From positions 477,154-541,153 of the forward strand of contig JAHLTZ010000016.1 in the NCBI GenBank assembly GCA_025786725.1: a stretch of 64,000 nucleotides of DNA, given 5' to 3'. Under the pieces are notes generated by a model. The model saw only the letters and a list, made by a program, of their open reading frames with translations. It did no database searches and had not been told where the DNA came from. Below, in pieces: positions 12,161 through 25,217 of the stretch. The stretch's first letter is position 1. Each line of letters begins with the position of its first letter. Source of the DNA: Syncephalis fuscata S228 (taxonomy: Eukaryota; Fungi; Zoopagomycota). Position numbers and translations under genes: made by a program.

Positions 12161-13573
12161 ATGTGGTCGATCAGATTTTCACGGCATTACGACCAACCAA
12201 TACTACTACCAATTTGTTTTTTACTGATATTATGTAGCTGCTTGTTCGCCGGTGTTTACGGCCAAGAAGCTGTAAAACAAAGTGCCAAAAGTAAGCTGAT
12301 TGTATTCAAACAACGGCCTGATCCAAGTATACTTGAGCAGCATGGAATACAGTTGCTATCATTAGGAAATATGTATTATGCGGCTGGAGAGTTTGCCGAT
12401 AATGTCATGGAGCAATTAAATCAGCTTGGCATAATAGACTGGTCCGAAGACAACAACTTTATCAAACTAGATGTCGGCCCGCCCGCCGTTCAGCTCAACG
12501 TATCCAGCTGGGGACTTGACCGTATTGACCAGCATAAACTTCCGTTGGACGGTGTCTATAACTACCCGTCTTCTGGCGGCAAAGGCGTATATGTATTCAT
12601 TATGGATACAGGTGTGAATGTAGATCATGTTGATTTTGGTGGTCGGGCAGTGAATGGCGCTATTCTAGGCGGTTCGGCAGGAAAAAGTCCCACCGATGAT
12701 CAGGGACATGGTACATTTGTTGCAGGAGTCATAGGCGGAAGCCATTACGGCGTAGCAAAAAATGCAACGCTTATTTCTGTCAAGATATTGAACAAAAGAG
12801 GCATTGGCACTTCTAGTGATGTTATAGCAGGCCTAGCCTGGATATTAGAACAACACTTGGCTTCAAAAGAAAAAATGTCGATTATAAAGTGTGTTTTATT
12901 AATTAGTAGTAGAATCAAATTGCTAACTTGTAAATTAGTCTATCATTAGGGGCAGATTTTAATCGGTCTATTAATCGAGCTGTTGAACAGATTATTCAAC
13001 GGGGTATTGCTGTTGTGGTAAGTGGCTGCCTAATGATCAATCAATCAATTGACACTTACGTTGTTCTAGGTGGCGGCCGGTAATGGAGATGAAAATCGTG
13101 TTCCACAAGATGCGTGTAATTTCTCGCCATCCTCTTCACCGCAAGTCATTACCGTCGGCGCTACTTCAAAAACCGATACAGTAGCCTCCTTTTCAAATTA
13201 TGGTAAATGTGTTACAATTTTTGCGCCAGGTGTATCCATTACTTCCTTATCGTCTACCGATCCTGCTGGTGTTGTCACTATGAGCGGAACATCGTTTGCA
13301 GCACCCTTTGTTACTGGAGTTGTGGCCTTATTGCTAGGAGAGGCAGGACCTCTTCCACCCGCTGAGATCAAACGTCGTCTGGTACTTGGTTCTACACAGG
13401 GCTCGATAAGCGGATTAAGAAAGGGGGATGGCACACCTAATTTATTACTCTACAACAATATCGACACTTCGCCGTATAAAGGAAAATCCAACGGAGGATC
13501 CAAACTATTCGATTACACTTGTTTGTCGACACTATTTGCATGTTTGTGGCTTGCTACTGCCATAGAACTATAA
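12161..13573 (+). CDS. Secreted subtilisin-like serine protease (S8A), copy 4, 3 exons
   Basis: Signal peptide, SWGLDRIDQ, FIMDTG, QGHGTFVAG, AAGNG and SGTSFAAP. C-terminal GKSNGG...LSTLFACLWLATAIEL tail. Confidence 0.93.
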
Positions 13574-14673
13574 CATATTTATATATGTATAACCAACGTC
13601 AGTAGCGTTTTTTATTTTATACCAATGATCTATAACGGGATTAATCAAAAGCCACTTGCTACAAAGATTTTTATTTTATATGCTTGATTAACCATTATGT
13701 CATTGTTATGCTGAATTTTATCTATCACGTCAACCAATTACTAATAGTTACGTAGTAATTATGATAGAGTGGATATAAATAGTTTGCAAACTCTTTTAAT
13801 GAATATTATTTACATCGATTCACATATTGTGGCTACTATCAAAGTGTTTAATCGATCATTATTATCAATAACACTGTAGTGAAACAGAGTGTAGCTAAAT
13901 GGTTTATTGGTAAAAATCTAACAATACTTTTATTTAGTTTAAACACAAGCTATTTCCGAACTATTAGCAATATTGGTATTTAATTCTATCAATGAATATA
14001 TTGCTTGCATTTAAAGGTAGCAAGTAATGTTTTGGTTATTGATAATTTGTATGGGTGGTCAAACTGGTAGGCAGTAAACTAGTATTGGTAACTTGGCATT
14101 GGCCATTTAATGTATAAATGTCGTATTTGTAAGCAAGTACTGTAAATTATTACTTAATTTTAGCAACAAATTGTAGAATATATGGCTATAAAATATGTAA
14201 TATTATTAAGCCATAGTAACACTGAATAACATTGTATTATTATTACAGCATATAAATTGTTGTATTTACAAATTAGATGACGTTGATCGTATTGCCATGT
14301 CCATGCATTCAATTGTAATTATTTTTAGCTATTTATTAGCAAGAATTCCAAGGACATGACCTCAAATAGCATGGCTGTGTTACCAATATAGCCATAAGTT
14401 GCTTCAATTGTGCGCAGAGTCATCCTTTGCATTTCCAGTTTACGTATGAGTCAGTCAATAACGAAGCGCGTTGATTCGCACACCAGCTCTCTACACTATC
14501 TGTTCTTTCAACTCACACGCACACTTGGTATAGCTTATTGTAGCACTCCGCTTCACACCGCAACCAGTCTTTGCTCTCTTACACACCGCTGATTGTTCAA
14601 ACGAATTCTTTAATTCAGCATTCATACTCCTTATTGTTCATTTGTAGTTTAACATTGATCCTGGGCCGACATC

Positions 14674-16545
14674 ATGTTCCCTGGTGCTCAGTATCATGCC
14701 ACGTATGGCAAACCGTCCAATCAGCCAGCGGGAGGTGGCTACCCACCGCCACCGATGGGATATCCTGGCCAGCCTTCTCCTATGAACAGTGGAGGTGGCT
14801 ATCCACCACCACAGCAGCAAATGCCGGGTTCTGGCGGCTATCCACCGCCACAGTCGATGCCTGGATCTAACACATATCCGCCACCACCGACTCAAATGCC
14901 TGGAGGAGGACCACCACCGCCTTATGCACCACCACACCAAATGCCTGGTGCAAATAACATGTATCCACCACCACCTAATAATGGTGGCTATCCACCAACT
15001 ACTAGTCCACCAGGTGGTATGTATCCACCGCCAGGCGGTAATGGCTATCCGCCACCTAATGGGCCACCAGGTGGTAATGCATATCCACCACCTAATGGAC
15101 CACCAGGCGGTAATGCATATCCGCCGCCTAATGGACCACCAGGTGGTATGTATCCACCACCAGGCGGTAATGCATATCCGCCACCTAATAGTCCACCAGG
15201 AGGTAATGCTTATCCACCGCCACCAGGCGGTAATGGTTATCTGCCACCACCGCCACCTAGTGGAGGATATCCGGGCCAGGTTGGAGGAGGCAATAGGCCA
15301 GGTGCAGGTAATCAAGGCTATGGACCACCACCACCACAGCAGCAATATCAGCAGCCACCGCCACAGCAGTATCAGCAGCAGTATGGCAATGTTCAAGTAT
15401 CCAATTGTACTGGCCGGCGTAGAGCATTGCTCATTGGTATTAACTACGTAGGACAGGATGGAGAGCTGCGAGGTATGTAAATATATGTTATTTAATTGTA
15501 AATTAATCAAATATTCTTTTACGTGGTTTTAGGCTGTATTAATGATGTACGCAATATAAAGCAATTTTTAATAGAACTGCACAATTTCCGTGAATGTGAT
15601 ATGGTTGTGTTGACGGATGATCAACACGACCCTCGCTGTTCTCCTACCCGCGCCAATATGATTGCTGGTATGCGCTGGTTAGTGAATGGCGCACAGCCAA
15701 ACGATTCATACTTTTTCCATTACAGCGGTCATGGTGGACAGGTAGGTGATAAAGAAGTGTGTATTATTAAATGGAATATGTAATAACTATAAATTAACTA
15801 CTTATAGGTGCGTGACACAGATGGAGATGAATCCGATGGATTCGATGAAACTATTTTACCATTGGATTACAAGAGTGCCGGGCAAATAGTAGATGATGTA
15901 AATGAATATTGATCAATAGTCAACTAGTGGCTGATTAGATTACTATAGGAAATTAATGCCATTATGGTACGTCCATTGCCACCAGGCTGTCGATTGACGG
16001 CTATTTTTGATTCTTGCCACTCGGGTACAGCAATGGATTTGCCTTTTCTTTATAATGAAATGGGCCAGCTAGTCAAGTCAAATAACAAGCAAAAGGTGAC
16101 GCAGTCATTGCAACAAGCCTCGCAACAATATATGTCGGGTAATCTTATGGGTGCGGTTGCTGCCCTTACTTCAAGTCTACAGAATATGCAAGGTAGTGGG
16201 CAAGCCGCTAAGATTACACAAGAGACGCGTGCATCGATGGGGGATGTTATTATGTTCTCGGGGTAAGTTTCTCCATCTCAGCCTTTGCTGTTTTACTAAT
16301 ATAGATTCTTAACCGGAAAATACAGTTGTATGGACTCGCAAACGTCGGCCGATACAAGCGTTCAAGGATTTGGTGCTACAGGCGCTATGTCATACGCCTT
16401 TATCACTGCAATGAGGCAGAATCCGCGTCAAACGTATACCATGTTATTGGGCAACTTGCGCGGTATTCTTAATGGTAAATACTCTCAAAAGCCTCAAATG
16501 TCAACTGGTCGTCATATGGATATGAATACGTGGTTTATTATGTAA
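14674..16545 (+). CDS. MCA1: Type I metacaspase with a long Pro/Gly/Tyr/Asn/Gln-rich prodomain; 5 exons
   Basis: SNCTGRRRALLIGINY, LRGCINDV, FHYSGHGGQ (catalytic His), DGFDETI, IFDSCHSG (catalytic Cys), GAMSYAF and QKPQMS. Confidence 0.96.
14734..15380 (+). repeat. Coding minisatellite in the metacaspase prodomain (GGNAYPPPNGPP-like units, 24-36 nt)
   Basis: Repeated TATCCACCGCCA/CCAGGCGGTAAT units with about 15 YPPP-type motifs. Confidence 0.85.
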
Positions 16546-18989
16546 TAAATAAATGCCTTATCGCGCTACGATTATAATAATAAATGATCATTGTTGCTAT
16601 TGCTAGCACTATTATTAATTAAATTTGAGGAATCATAAATTAATTGTATAAATTTAATACAATACAAATGTATTATTATGGATATGTATCGATAGTAAAA
16701 CAATGCCAAAAGCCAAAATGGCGTTTTATAATATTAATAAATATAATTGTCTATTTGTGTATTAATTGGAGCACTAATTATTTTTATTTTAGAATATATC
16801 ATGGCTGTTGCATTTATAATTAATCATAACGAGTAACTATGACGTCAATGAATGTGATAATTAATACTATTCAGCTTTCAAGACTAGCAGTTTGTAATAA
16901 ATAGAACGTGGTATTGCGTCATTTTCCTAATAATTACAATTACAAGACTCGATTCAGAAGCAGTAGTAGATTGATATGGTATATAGAATACACGTGAAGG
17001 AATTTAATATGTTGATAGAGCAAAAACATTAGTACAATGACGGTATAATACTATTATTGCAGGCTTATCCTAGTTCATTATACTACAAGTCAATGTAATT
17101 TACTAATACAATTGGTTTACTAATTATAGCCGTGTTAACGCACTGTTAGTAATGTGGTCTAAGGATTAGCCGTTGAATTACTACGTTTCATATGATCTTT
17201 GATAGTGCATGTGGCAATGTCTCTAGGACAATGCAACACAAACGCGAACACATTCTCCAATCATAATGAACTGCATGCATGTGTCAGGTGACGACGGCAG
17301 CATCTAGGCGGATATAGGATGAACAATACGGGCCAGTGTATGAGGGTGGAGGGAGCGCGTGGCCATACAATGGTGGTCTTGTACGTACATTGCATGGATG
17401 CTCATCACAATGGTTGCGTGCTAGTAATATGCAAATGGAATTAGCATTGTGCTTGACCAGGTCATATTCTTCCGATAAACCGATACAAACGACAGATAAA
17501 CGGAGACTAGGCCAAGAAGAGGTAGGCAAGGCCGCGTATTAGCATGATCTTACTGTGTTAACTGATCATCACTACATCGTGTAGATGTGCACAAGGTGAC
17601 TGCATATTGATTGGCTCCTTTTCACTCTCATGCATCGTTCAGCCATCACACAACGGCTGAGTGTGTTTTGCTTGGCTAAAGTGATGTGTGTGTAGAGAGC
17701 AAGAGAGTGATGTGTATATATTAGGCCAGACACTTTGTTTGGCCCATGCTCGGGCTCCTTCCGCTTCCAGTTTGTTTCTCGTCGCTCGTCTGCTTTACAC
17801 CGTCCCGGCTGTTCTGCTACTATTGCTGTTTGGCATATTCGACGTACATTCATTCTATTTAGTATTAGTCCCGAAGCGATTTGCTTACACTGTGCACTGT
17901 TTTATTTCTGCCGTGCAAGTAAACAACACAGCATTTCCCCACTAGCTGCACCACGTATAGTTAGTGAATTTGCTGACATTTCTTTTTATTGGTGCTGACA
18001 ACTTTGGACTGCGCCAGTTCTATCTCTATCTATCTATCTAAATTTATCATTACACTGTTGTATGTCACTGTAGCTAGCTATTTATTTTATTTTCCGTAAT
18101 ATCTTTTAGTTAGTTATAGGTAAGCTATTATGCGCGGGCTGTAGACTGAGTTCTTTGGCTATAATGCTGCCAAGCCAATTTATTTACTAACAGGCTGTAA
18201 CTTGCTTTTATTTAGTTAATTTGTTATTATTGCCACGAGAAACTACAATTATAATTACTTTACGTTTATAAGAAATACCGTGCAAAGCATTGGTTATTCT
18301 ACACAGCAGTTTATTACTTCTACTACTTTGCGATACTTGCAACATTTAAGCGGAGATTTTCCATAGTCACGCTGTAACAAGTCGTCTCCTTTTTGAGACA
18401 TCCTTGAAACTAAAACGGCCAGTGCAATAGCCTTGAGCACAGTTGCATTTATATATACCTGTCAAGTTGTGTCAAGTATTAGTAAGGTATATTTCAAGCC
18501 TGGTGATACACAAGTTACTTAAATAGCTGTTGCTGTTCCGGGTATTTACTTATTGGCAGGCCTTTACTTAACGTGCACGTTTACCCACGCTGGTGTTCTA
18601 TTGCTTCACGCCCGCAATTTAGTTTAGGCATATTCATTACAAACAGGTTTAGTATCTGCATCAACGGTTGGTGCTTTTACTGCATAAACTACAGCTATTT
18701 GCATCGTTTTTACGCACTAAAGACAACACCACACATATTAACAGCACCAGGACATACTTGTTTCTTTACTGGCCTGTGCGACCATTGTGCTTAACGGTTG
18801 CGTGATCTACTTGGTACAGCCTTGTTATTACGCTGTTGCTTTCATTAATTTCTATATTTCACTCAAATACTCAACGTCAAGTGTCTGATTGTCTATTCAG
18901 TTTGGTTGCTAGCATTCCACTGGTACATTATCAGTACCGTCATTAATAGCAGCATTGTCCGTACCAGCATTATTCGTATCCGCATTAGC

Positions 18990-19619
18990 ATGGACCTCGA
19001 TTGGTGCATTCGTTGTGATAAACACACCAAGGTAATTAATTTGGTGCATATAGGATTTAATGTTGTTTAACAAACTCTATTATAGGGTGGTTTATATTGC
19101 AGTGAATCATGCCAACTTGAAGATTATGCTCAAAACTCGCGAGCAAATCGAGCTGCCGATCCATTGGGCATTCCCCGTCGGGCTACGTCCACTTCTATGG
19201 TTAGCCCGACACAGGGACCTAGTAGCGCCCATAATGAAGGCCAGCAATGGCCGCCAAGTCAATATAATGGCGTCACTATTGTGAATGGTCTAGCTACACC
19301 ATCTTCATCGCCTGAATATTTGATGCCTAAACAGCTACCGTATCAGCCGATGCAGCGTCGAACAGCCAGCCAGCCTCATAGCTTTATGGCATCTAACGCA
19401 CAGACTCGTCCCGCGGCACATTTGCCGACCATTCCGACATGTGCAACGACAGCAGCAGCAATGCTACGACAAAAGATTTTAGGCTATGGCCAAGACAGTG
19501 GTGCACTGGATACGACACAGCCACAGTATCCACGACCTGCACCGGCCCAGCGATCCACCTCGTCCTCCAATATCAGATCTACGAGCACTTTTCTGAATGG
19601 TTACGTTCCTTCTTTATAA
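18990..19619 (+). CDS. Ecl1-family (life-span regulatory factor) zinc-finger protein; exons 18990-19031, 19086-19619
   Basis: The spliced N-terminus MDLDWCIRCDKHTKGGLYCSESCQLED matches the Ecl1 CxxC...LYCSxxC pattern and is followed by a Ser/Pro-rich tail. The ORF track missed exon 1. Confidence 0.8.
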
Positions 19620-20878
19620 CTGGCAACATTTGCGCCCAGGCTGTGTATATTGAGGAGTTTCAGTTGTTATCATTTTCATTTTTCATTTTTTTTCAGAGCA
19701 ATTTTGTTGGATGTACAGTAACTCTAAATGATGAGTTACAAACAATAAATTTCATATTCGATTCCCGTATTGCTTGAACTAGTTGATGATTACTGCTTTG
19801 TACAAATAAGCAGTGTCATTTATTGTTTATATCTAATTAATGTTATATGAATTTGTGGTAGGTATTGCTATTGATATAGTAAGTGTGCTTAGCGTGTTTT
19901 ATTAAATGTAATAACCATAATAAAATGTTCAATATTAATCATATATTTACGCAAATAACTGGGTGGAAAAGTATGTTGGGTATTAATAAATTAAATAGAT
20001 GTATTAATACTAAAATAAATGATCGTTTAATAATTGCTGATTAGTAAAGTAAGACTGTAATCACATTGTCTAATACAATGCTTTACATTAGTTACTAGAT
20101 GTTTTACATATTAGTAGCACATCTATGGAATAAGCCAATAGTGATAGAGTGCTATTAATTTGTTATTATTTTTATGTAGATAAATCAGTGGCTGTATGAG
20201 CTACCGGCCCACTCAACTGCGGAAAGGACCCGCAATTAAGCACGAGCGCTAAGATACTCGATTGCAATTGAATTGTTCTACGCCTGCTGCGACACTCGTC
20301 TCTGTGGATAAGCAGAAGATCGAGCAACTGACATTGGGAAACCAGAAAAAAGCAGGCGGCCGCACATAGTATTCCAGCTAGGCATAGTCGGTAGCCAGAC
20401 GAGGTTGCCACACTGTTATTCCATCAATTGTGGGACATTATTTAACCATTTATTTTGTTCCCAATACACACACACGTCTCGGCTTGTCATTCCTTCATTC
20501 TCGCCACATCTATCGTTGACTTGTAAGCGCACACACACGCATACCTACTTTCACTATCGTCTTCTTTCCACTCTTGCCTGTTTACCTGTCGTGGTTTGCG
20601 TGTTGAACACAGGAAACGATTGGTGCATTCTTTGATTGTTTCCTTGTCGTTTTCATATAACTCACCGTTTGTTATAGTAATACATTTATACAATAACTTA
20701 TATCACAAAGTAAGTAACTAGTAGTTGGTAGAAGAATAAAGTAAAAAGGGAATATGGACTAGTTTTAATGAGTATTAGCTGATTTATGCTATTAAATATT
20801 GGTTAACTGTAATCGCGATTAAAGAAAAAGAATATTATAAACTAATATGTAACAGCAGTTTTTCTTAACGGTAGAATC

Positions 20879-21741
20879 ATGTCTACACGTGCAGTAACTA
20901 ACACAGCCACAGCAGTATTACCTGCGGGGAATACGGGAGCACATAGTGGCACATCGACAACAAATCAAAGCCAAGGAATACGTTCCTCAGCTTGGACTAT
21001 TGGCTTGCCAGTCCAGGTGAAGACCACGGCTGGCGATACGATACAAGGACGTATTTTTGCATACGATGTTATTTGTGGCAGTTTAATTATTGATATCCTT
21101 GACACGCTAGAGATATGCTTAATACGGAAAACTAGTTTGCCAGTTTATCATTGATTAATGTCCTTAACTCTATAATGTTATTGGTTGTTTACAACAGACT
21201 CGCTCGACTGATCAGCTTGATACCAAGCCATCTTATACCATTCTTCGTGTAGGATTCATTCAGAGTGTAACGTCGTTAAAGCAACAAGGAGGCACAGACA
21301 CTTCGGGACTTCCTCCGTTGGCTCCGCTACCCATTGATCGACTACGGGCACGAGAGGCTAAAGCAATTAGAGATGCTCATCAAACGGAAGCGAGACGAGG
21401 CGTTGGTGTTAATAAGGAGGCCCAAGACATTTTTGATGCACTTAGTAAAACGTTAGTAATTATAAACAGATATGCATATTTGTTTATTTAGTGAATTAAG
21501 CTAATCATTACAATTATATAGTCTGCCATGTCGCTGGCATCAACAAACAATTGTTGTTATGGATGAGGTACTTATCGATGCGCCATACACAGTTGATAAC
21601 TGCAAGGCCAATGCATCATCGTCAGCATCGCTGAACCGAGTTAAAAAAGTGGTAAGTAATAGGATAGAAAGGCATAAAATATACATTCATAATCACCTGT
21701 ACATTTAGTTGGAAGGAGAAAGAAAACGATTGGGATTATAA
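20879..21741 (+). CDS. LSM12: LSM12-like protein (Lsm domain plus anticodon-binding AD domain); 4 exons, first coding intron AT-AC
   Basis: IGLPVQVKTTAGDTIQGRIFAYD, GVGVNKEAQDIFDALSKTLPCRW, IVVMDEVLIDAPY..DNC and SLNRVKKVLEGERKRL. Confidence 0.9.
21093..21192 (+). other. U12-type (minor spliceosome) AT-AC intron in LSM12
   Basis: 5' site ATATCCTT, branch site TCCTTAAC at 21161-21168, 3' end TTTAC. Removing it restores the frame (IIE|QTRST). Confidence 0.88.
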
Positions 21742-22456
21742 TTATAAAAGCCGCTATACGGCATGTTTATGTATTAGATTATTATTATTATGTATTGTAG
21801 CTATTGAAGTATCATGATCAAGTGTAAATTGTTGGCAATTGTATTAATATTTTCAGTGTTGGTTGTGTGTATAAGTTTAATAATAAATGAAATAAATGTG
21901 TGTGTGTGTGTATGTGCTGAGTAGTTTGAATGTATTATAATGTTTTAATTAATTAACTTTTATTTACATACTACTCTTTTTTTGTTATCATTATAATAAT
22001 GATAGTAGTATTGTTAGTATCAAGTGCTAGAATTGCTAACGGTGCTAATACGTTTTGTCTTGACTCAAATGATAGCATTGCAAATAACATAAAGGCTATC
22101 TGCACTTGATAAGTATAAATGAATCATTGCCGACGTATGTTGGGTCAGTACGCTGCAAAGCTATTATACTATGGTAGTAAGGGCCAAGTGTAAGTTAATT
22201 TAGTTGTATTGCCATCACAATGTGTTCCTGTGACACTTGTACGTACCTTTTACATGTATTCGCCATTGCTAGCCAGACATCCCACCACAGCACATCACTC
22301 TTGGCTAAAATGATACGTGAAATTATGTACAAGCGTGTCACTTGGCTATGAATATGCTGATGGTCCCTCTTTTCTAGCTTGCAAACAAGTCAACGGCAAA
22401 ATGAGGAACAACAACCCTCTTTCTATTTTTGGCAATAGTGCCTTCATTCTCCGATC

Positions 22457-22900
22457 CTAGTCGACGATCATGGGTGCGCATACATCAATACACCATGTTT
22501 ACAAACTACGTTTATTCTACAAAAAAACTATATCATTGTGCTTTGCATCAAGTGAAATGCAAGAATCTGTTTTTAAAATTGTTCTAGCTTACCGGTAGCG
22601 TAAGCTGGTATTGCGCGCGCGTATGCGCATACAAGTCTAAAAGTTGACTAGATTATTAGTGCGCAAACGCGCAAACTGCGTTTGTACAATAAATACCAAA
22701 TCAATTACTTTAAAACTTTGGCGTCATACTTTAGTTACTACTGCGCACCTATGGTCAAAATTTGATAGAAATTGGTTGACTTTTTCTGACACGCTGTTTG
22801 CGCGTGTACATGAATGCATATAGGTGCGCGCATAGTTTGTAGCTAGTCTAGACATACAAACAATCGATCAATTCCGTTCAAATTTAATTTTACGCAATAA
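22457..22900 (-). mobile_element. Degenerate non-autonomous Helitron-like copy (minus strand)
   Basis: Its reverse complement resembles 23400-23591 (GCTGGTAT.GCGCGCGC; GGTGCGC..TACAAAAAAA) and ends in a decayed GC hairpin plus CTAG at 22457-22460. The 5' boundary is approximate. Confidence 0.45.
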
Positions 22901-23199
22901 AATACATTCCGCGCCTATATCAAGCATAATACGTGTAATTAAATCATATATCGAATACAGCGATTTGTATGGAGCGCGGAATGCTGTGTGACCATTGGCG
23001 CACAGACCATTTACATGCTGAATCGGTACTAATTTAGAAGGCAGCAGTGAACCTTAATCATTTGTGTGATGAGTGGTGAAATTTGTAATAGCTTTTGTGT
23101 CAAATGAAATTATTTTTTGTAAAAATACATTAACATTACGGATATTACACCGGATACTATTTACTGTGCTACTTTTACTGCTATTAATAAAAATCGTCG

Positions 23200-23591
23200 T
23201 ATCTCGATTTTATATATAATATTATATAAAGTTGAGCTAGTTAGTTGATAGAGCATACGCGCGCGGTCGTGACAACAATTTTTAAACCAATGTTTTTACT
23301 TGTATTAATGTTTGTATATAGTGCGCTAGAGTGTATTGACAGCAAATATAAGCTGTTTGACGTGATTGGCTTTACAATACAGCACTATGCATTTGACATG
23401 CTATAGCGCGCGTGTACAAATGCGCGCGCCATACCAGCGGCGACGATGCATAGGAATGGGTGATTTGAAATGGCTAAAATTCCACTTATCATCGTCTCAT
23501 ACCTACGGCAACTCAATTCATTTATTTTTTTGTAAAAATATAACGATTTTGAAAATTGTGCGTTGTACGCGCGCGCACCGCCACACACTAG
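23200..23591 (+). mobile_element. Non-autonomous Helitron-like element
   Basis: The 3' end is a GC-rich hairpin GTGCG..CGCAC (23558-23578), 9 nt, then CTAG followed by T. A TATATA-rich stretch near 23200-23230 is the probable 5' region. No coding capacity. Confidence 0.55.
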
Positions 23592-25217
23592 TATCAAATG
23601 ACGTCACGTTATATAGGCGGATTCTAAATTAAGAACAAATGGTGTTAAAATTTGCCAGTCTTATATTTTGTCTCACATTTTTTTCCTACCCAGAATGATA
23701 CATGCAAATACCACATACCGCGTCATCATTGCTTATCAAAGGGATTGGTTGCGCCGGTTTTACCGGAAATATAGGCGACTGGGATCGAGGAATGAATAGT
23801 AGAAGAATGTATGGAAGAATGGCTGTAATGTTTTTTAATTTTTTTGTATTGAGACGCGCAAATGTTTTTCCTACTCCGTTAAACCAACCAACACCTGTAG
23901 TCATTCTATTATTCGTAGATGGGCAATACAAGGCGTTACAGATAGAAAAAAAATGCGACATGGTGCTGTCGTACATATAGGCGGGTGGCACCGCACCTGT
24001 TGCTGATACTTTGTGTCTTTCTTTTTCCATTGCCTAAGTTAATTTATAAGGTGATTTCCAAGGACTTGTGAGCGAGTACTGGCGTGTATGAATAACAAAT
24101 TACATCAAACTATCATTATAACCAAGTAAGTAGTTTGCATTAAAGTAAAGCTTTATTTTTATTGTGCTTGTTCCGCTGCTGCATTACTCTATTACCCTCA
24201 GATTTATGCATGCGAAATGGCAAATAGTCATTTTCTCGTTGTATAACCAACCACTGTGCATAACGTGGTTTATGCGTGTGTGCACCTATGTGCAGTGCCC
24301 ATCGATTCAAACGATATACTTCTCACCATTGTAAATAGTGTTCTATGAACCTATTAAAAGAATTAGTTTTTTGTTTTTTTAATGTTATGTATATAATATA
24401 AAAATTATAATACAAAGCTATTTTATGCACTTGCCATGATGCTTCCATATCCGTTTATGTTTTGCTTCGATTTCATTTGGCCTGTGCCAAATAGTTGTCA
24501 ACTGGTTTTTTGAGTAAACTGAGGCTTATTGAATCATTCGCTGTCACTTGTCTACATCCATTGGTTATTGCCTTCGCATATCGAGTGGCATAGCATTATT
24601 CCCGTATTCCTCCATTAAGACATTTGTGCATGGCAATGATGGTACTGCCGCGGCTATTACCATCGAGCCATTGACGAGCCATTATCATGTGTAAACAAGC
24701 AATGGGCAATTAAGGGTAATGGGGTCGTGGTGGAAACACCCTTTTTGCTGCTTCTATTCTTTCTCTCATCGTACACATTCCATATCTGTCTATGGACAAG
24801 TCTCCGACCCTATTCGGATATCGGCTCATGTCACCTCATTGCCATTCTTATCCTAGGTAGAACTCTAGTTAATTTAGGGAAGATCTTTTTGAATAAAAAG
24901 GAACGTTTATCGTCGCAGTTCTCCACTTGGATGACATATCGATGCACACTCGCTTTCACATTCTATTGAATAGTTATTACGTATTCGTTATTTGCATATC
25001 ATTCTTGCAACATTTTATTGATTGCACTTTTACTTTATTGCCAGTGCCTTGATTCTTACCTTTGCTTCCAATCTGTTGCTTTTTGGATAGTTGTTGCTGC
25101 TTTTTGTTATTTAATTTATTAGCACCAAGTAGTACTTGTAGCAATAGTCGTTATTGTAGTGGTACCAATTACTTTTTCTTATTTTATTTGTCATAGGGCT
25201 CTACTTGCACAGATACT

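Noticed and set aside
14638-15510. 290-aa Trp-rich minus-strand ORF and 220-aa His-rich alternate-frame ORF
   Set aside because: Shadows of the CCA-rich metacaspase prodomain repeats.
20172-20411. GC-richer island with a TGCGG..CCGCA hairpin as a possible ncRNA or ORF
   Set aside because: No snRNA/snoRNA signature recognised. It is probably the LSM12 promoter region.
21816-21827. GATCAAGTGTA resembling the U2 snRNA branch-pairing region
   Set aside because: The flanks do not match U2, and it lies in the LSM12 3' region.
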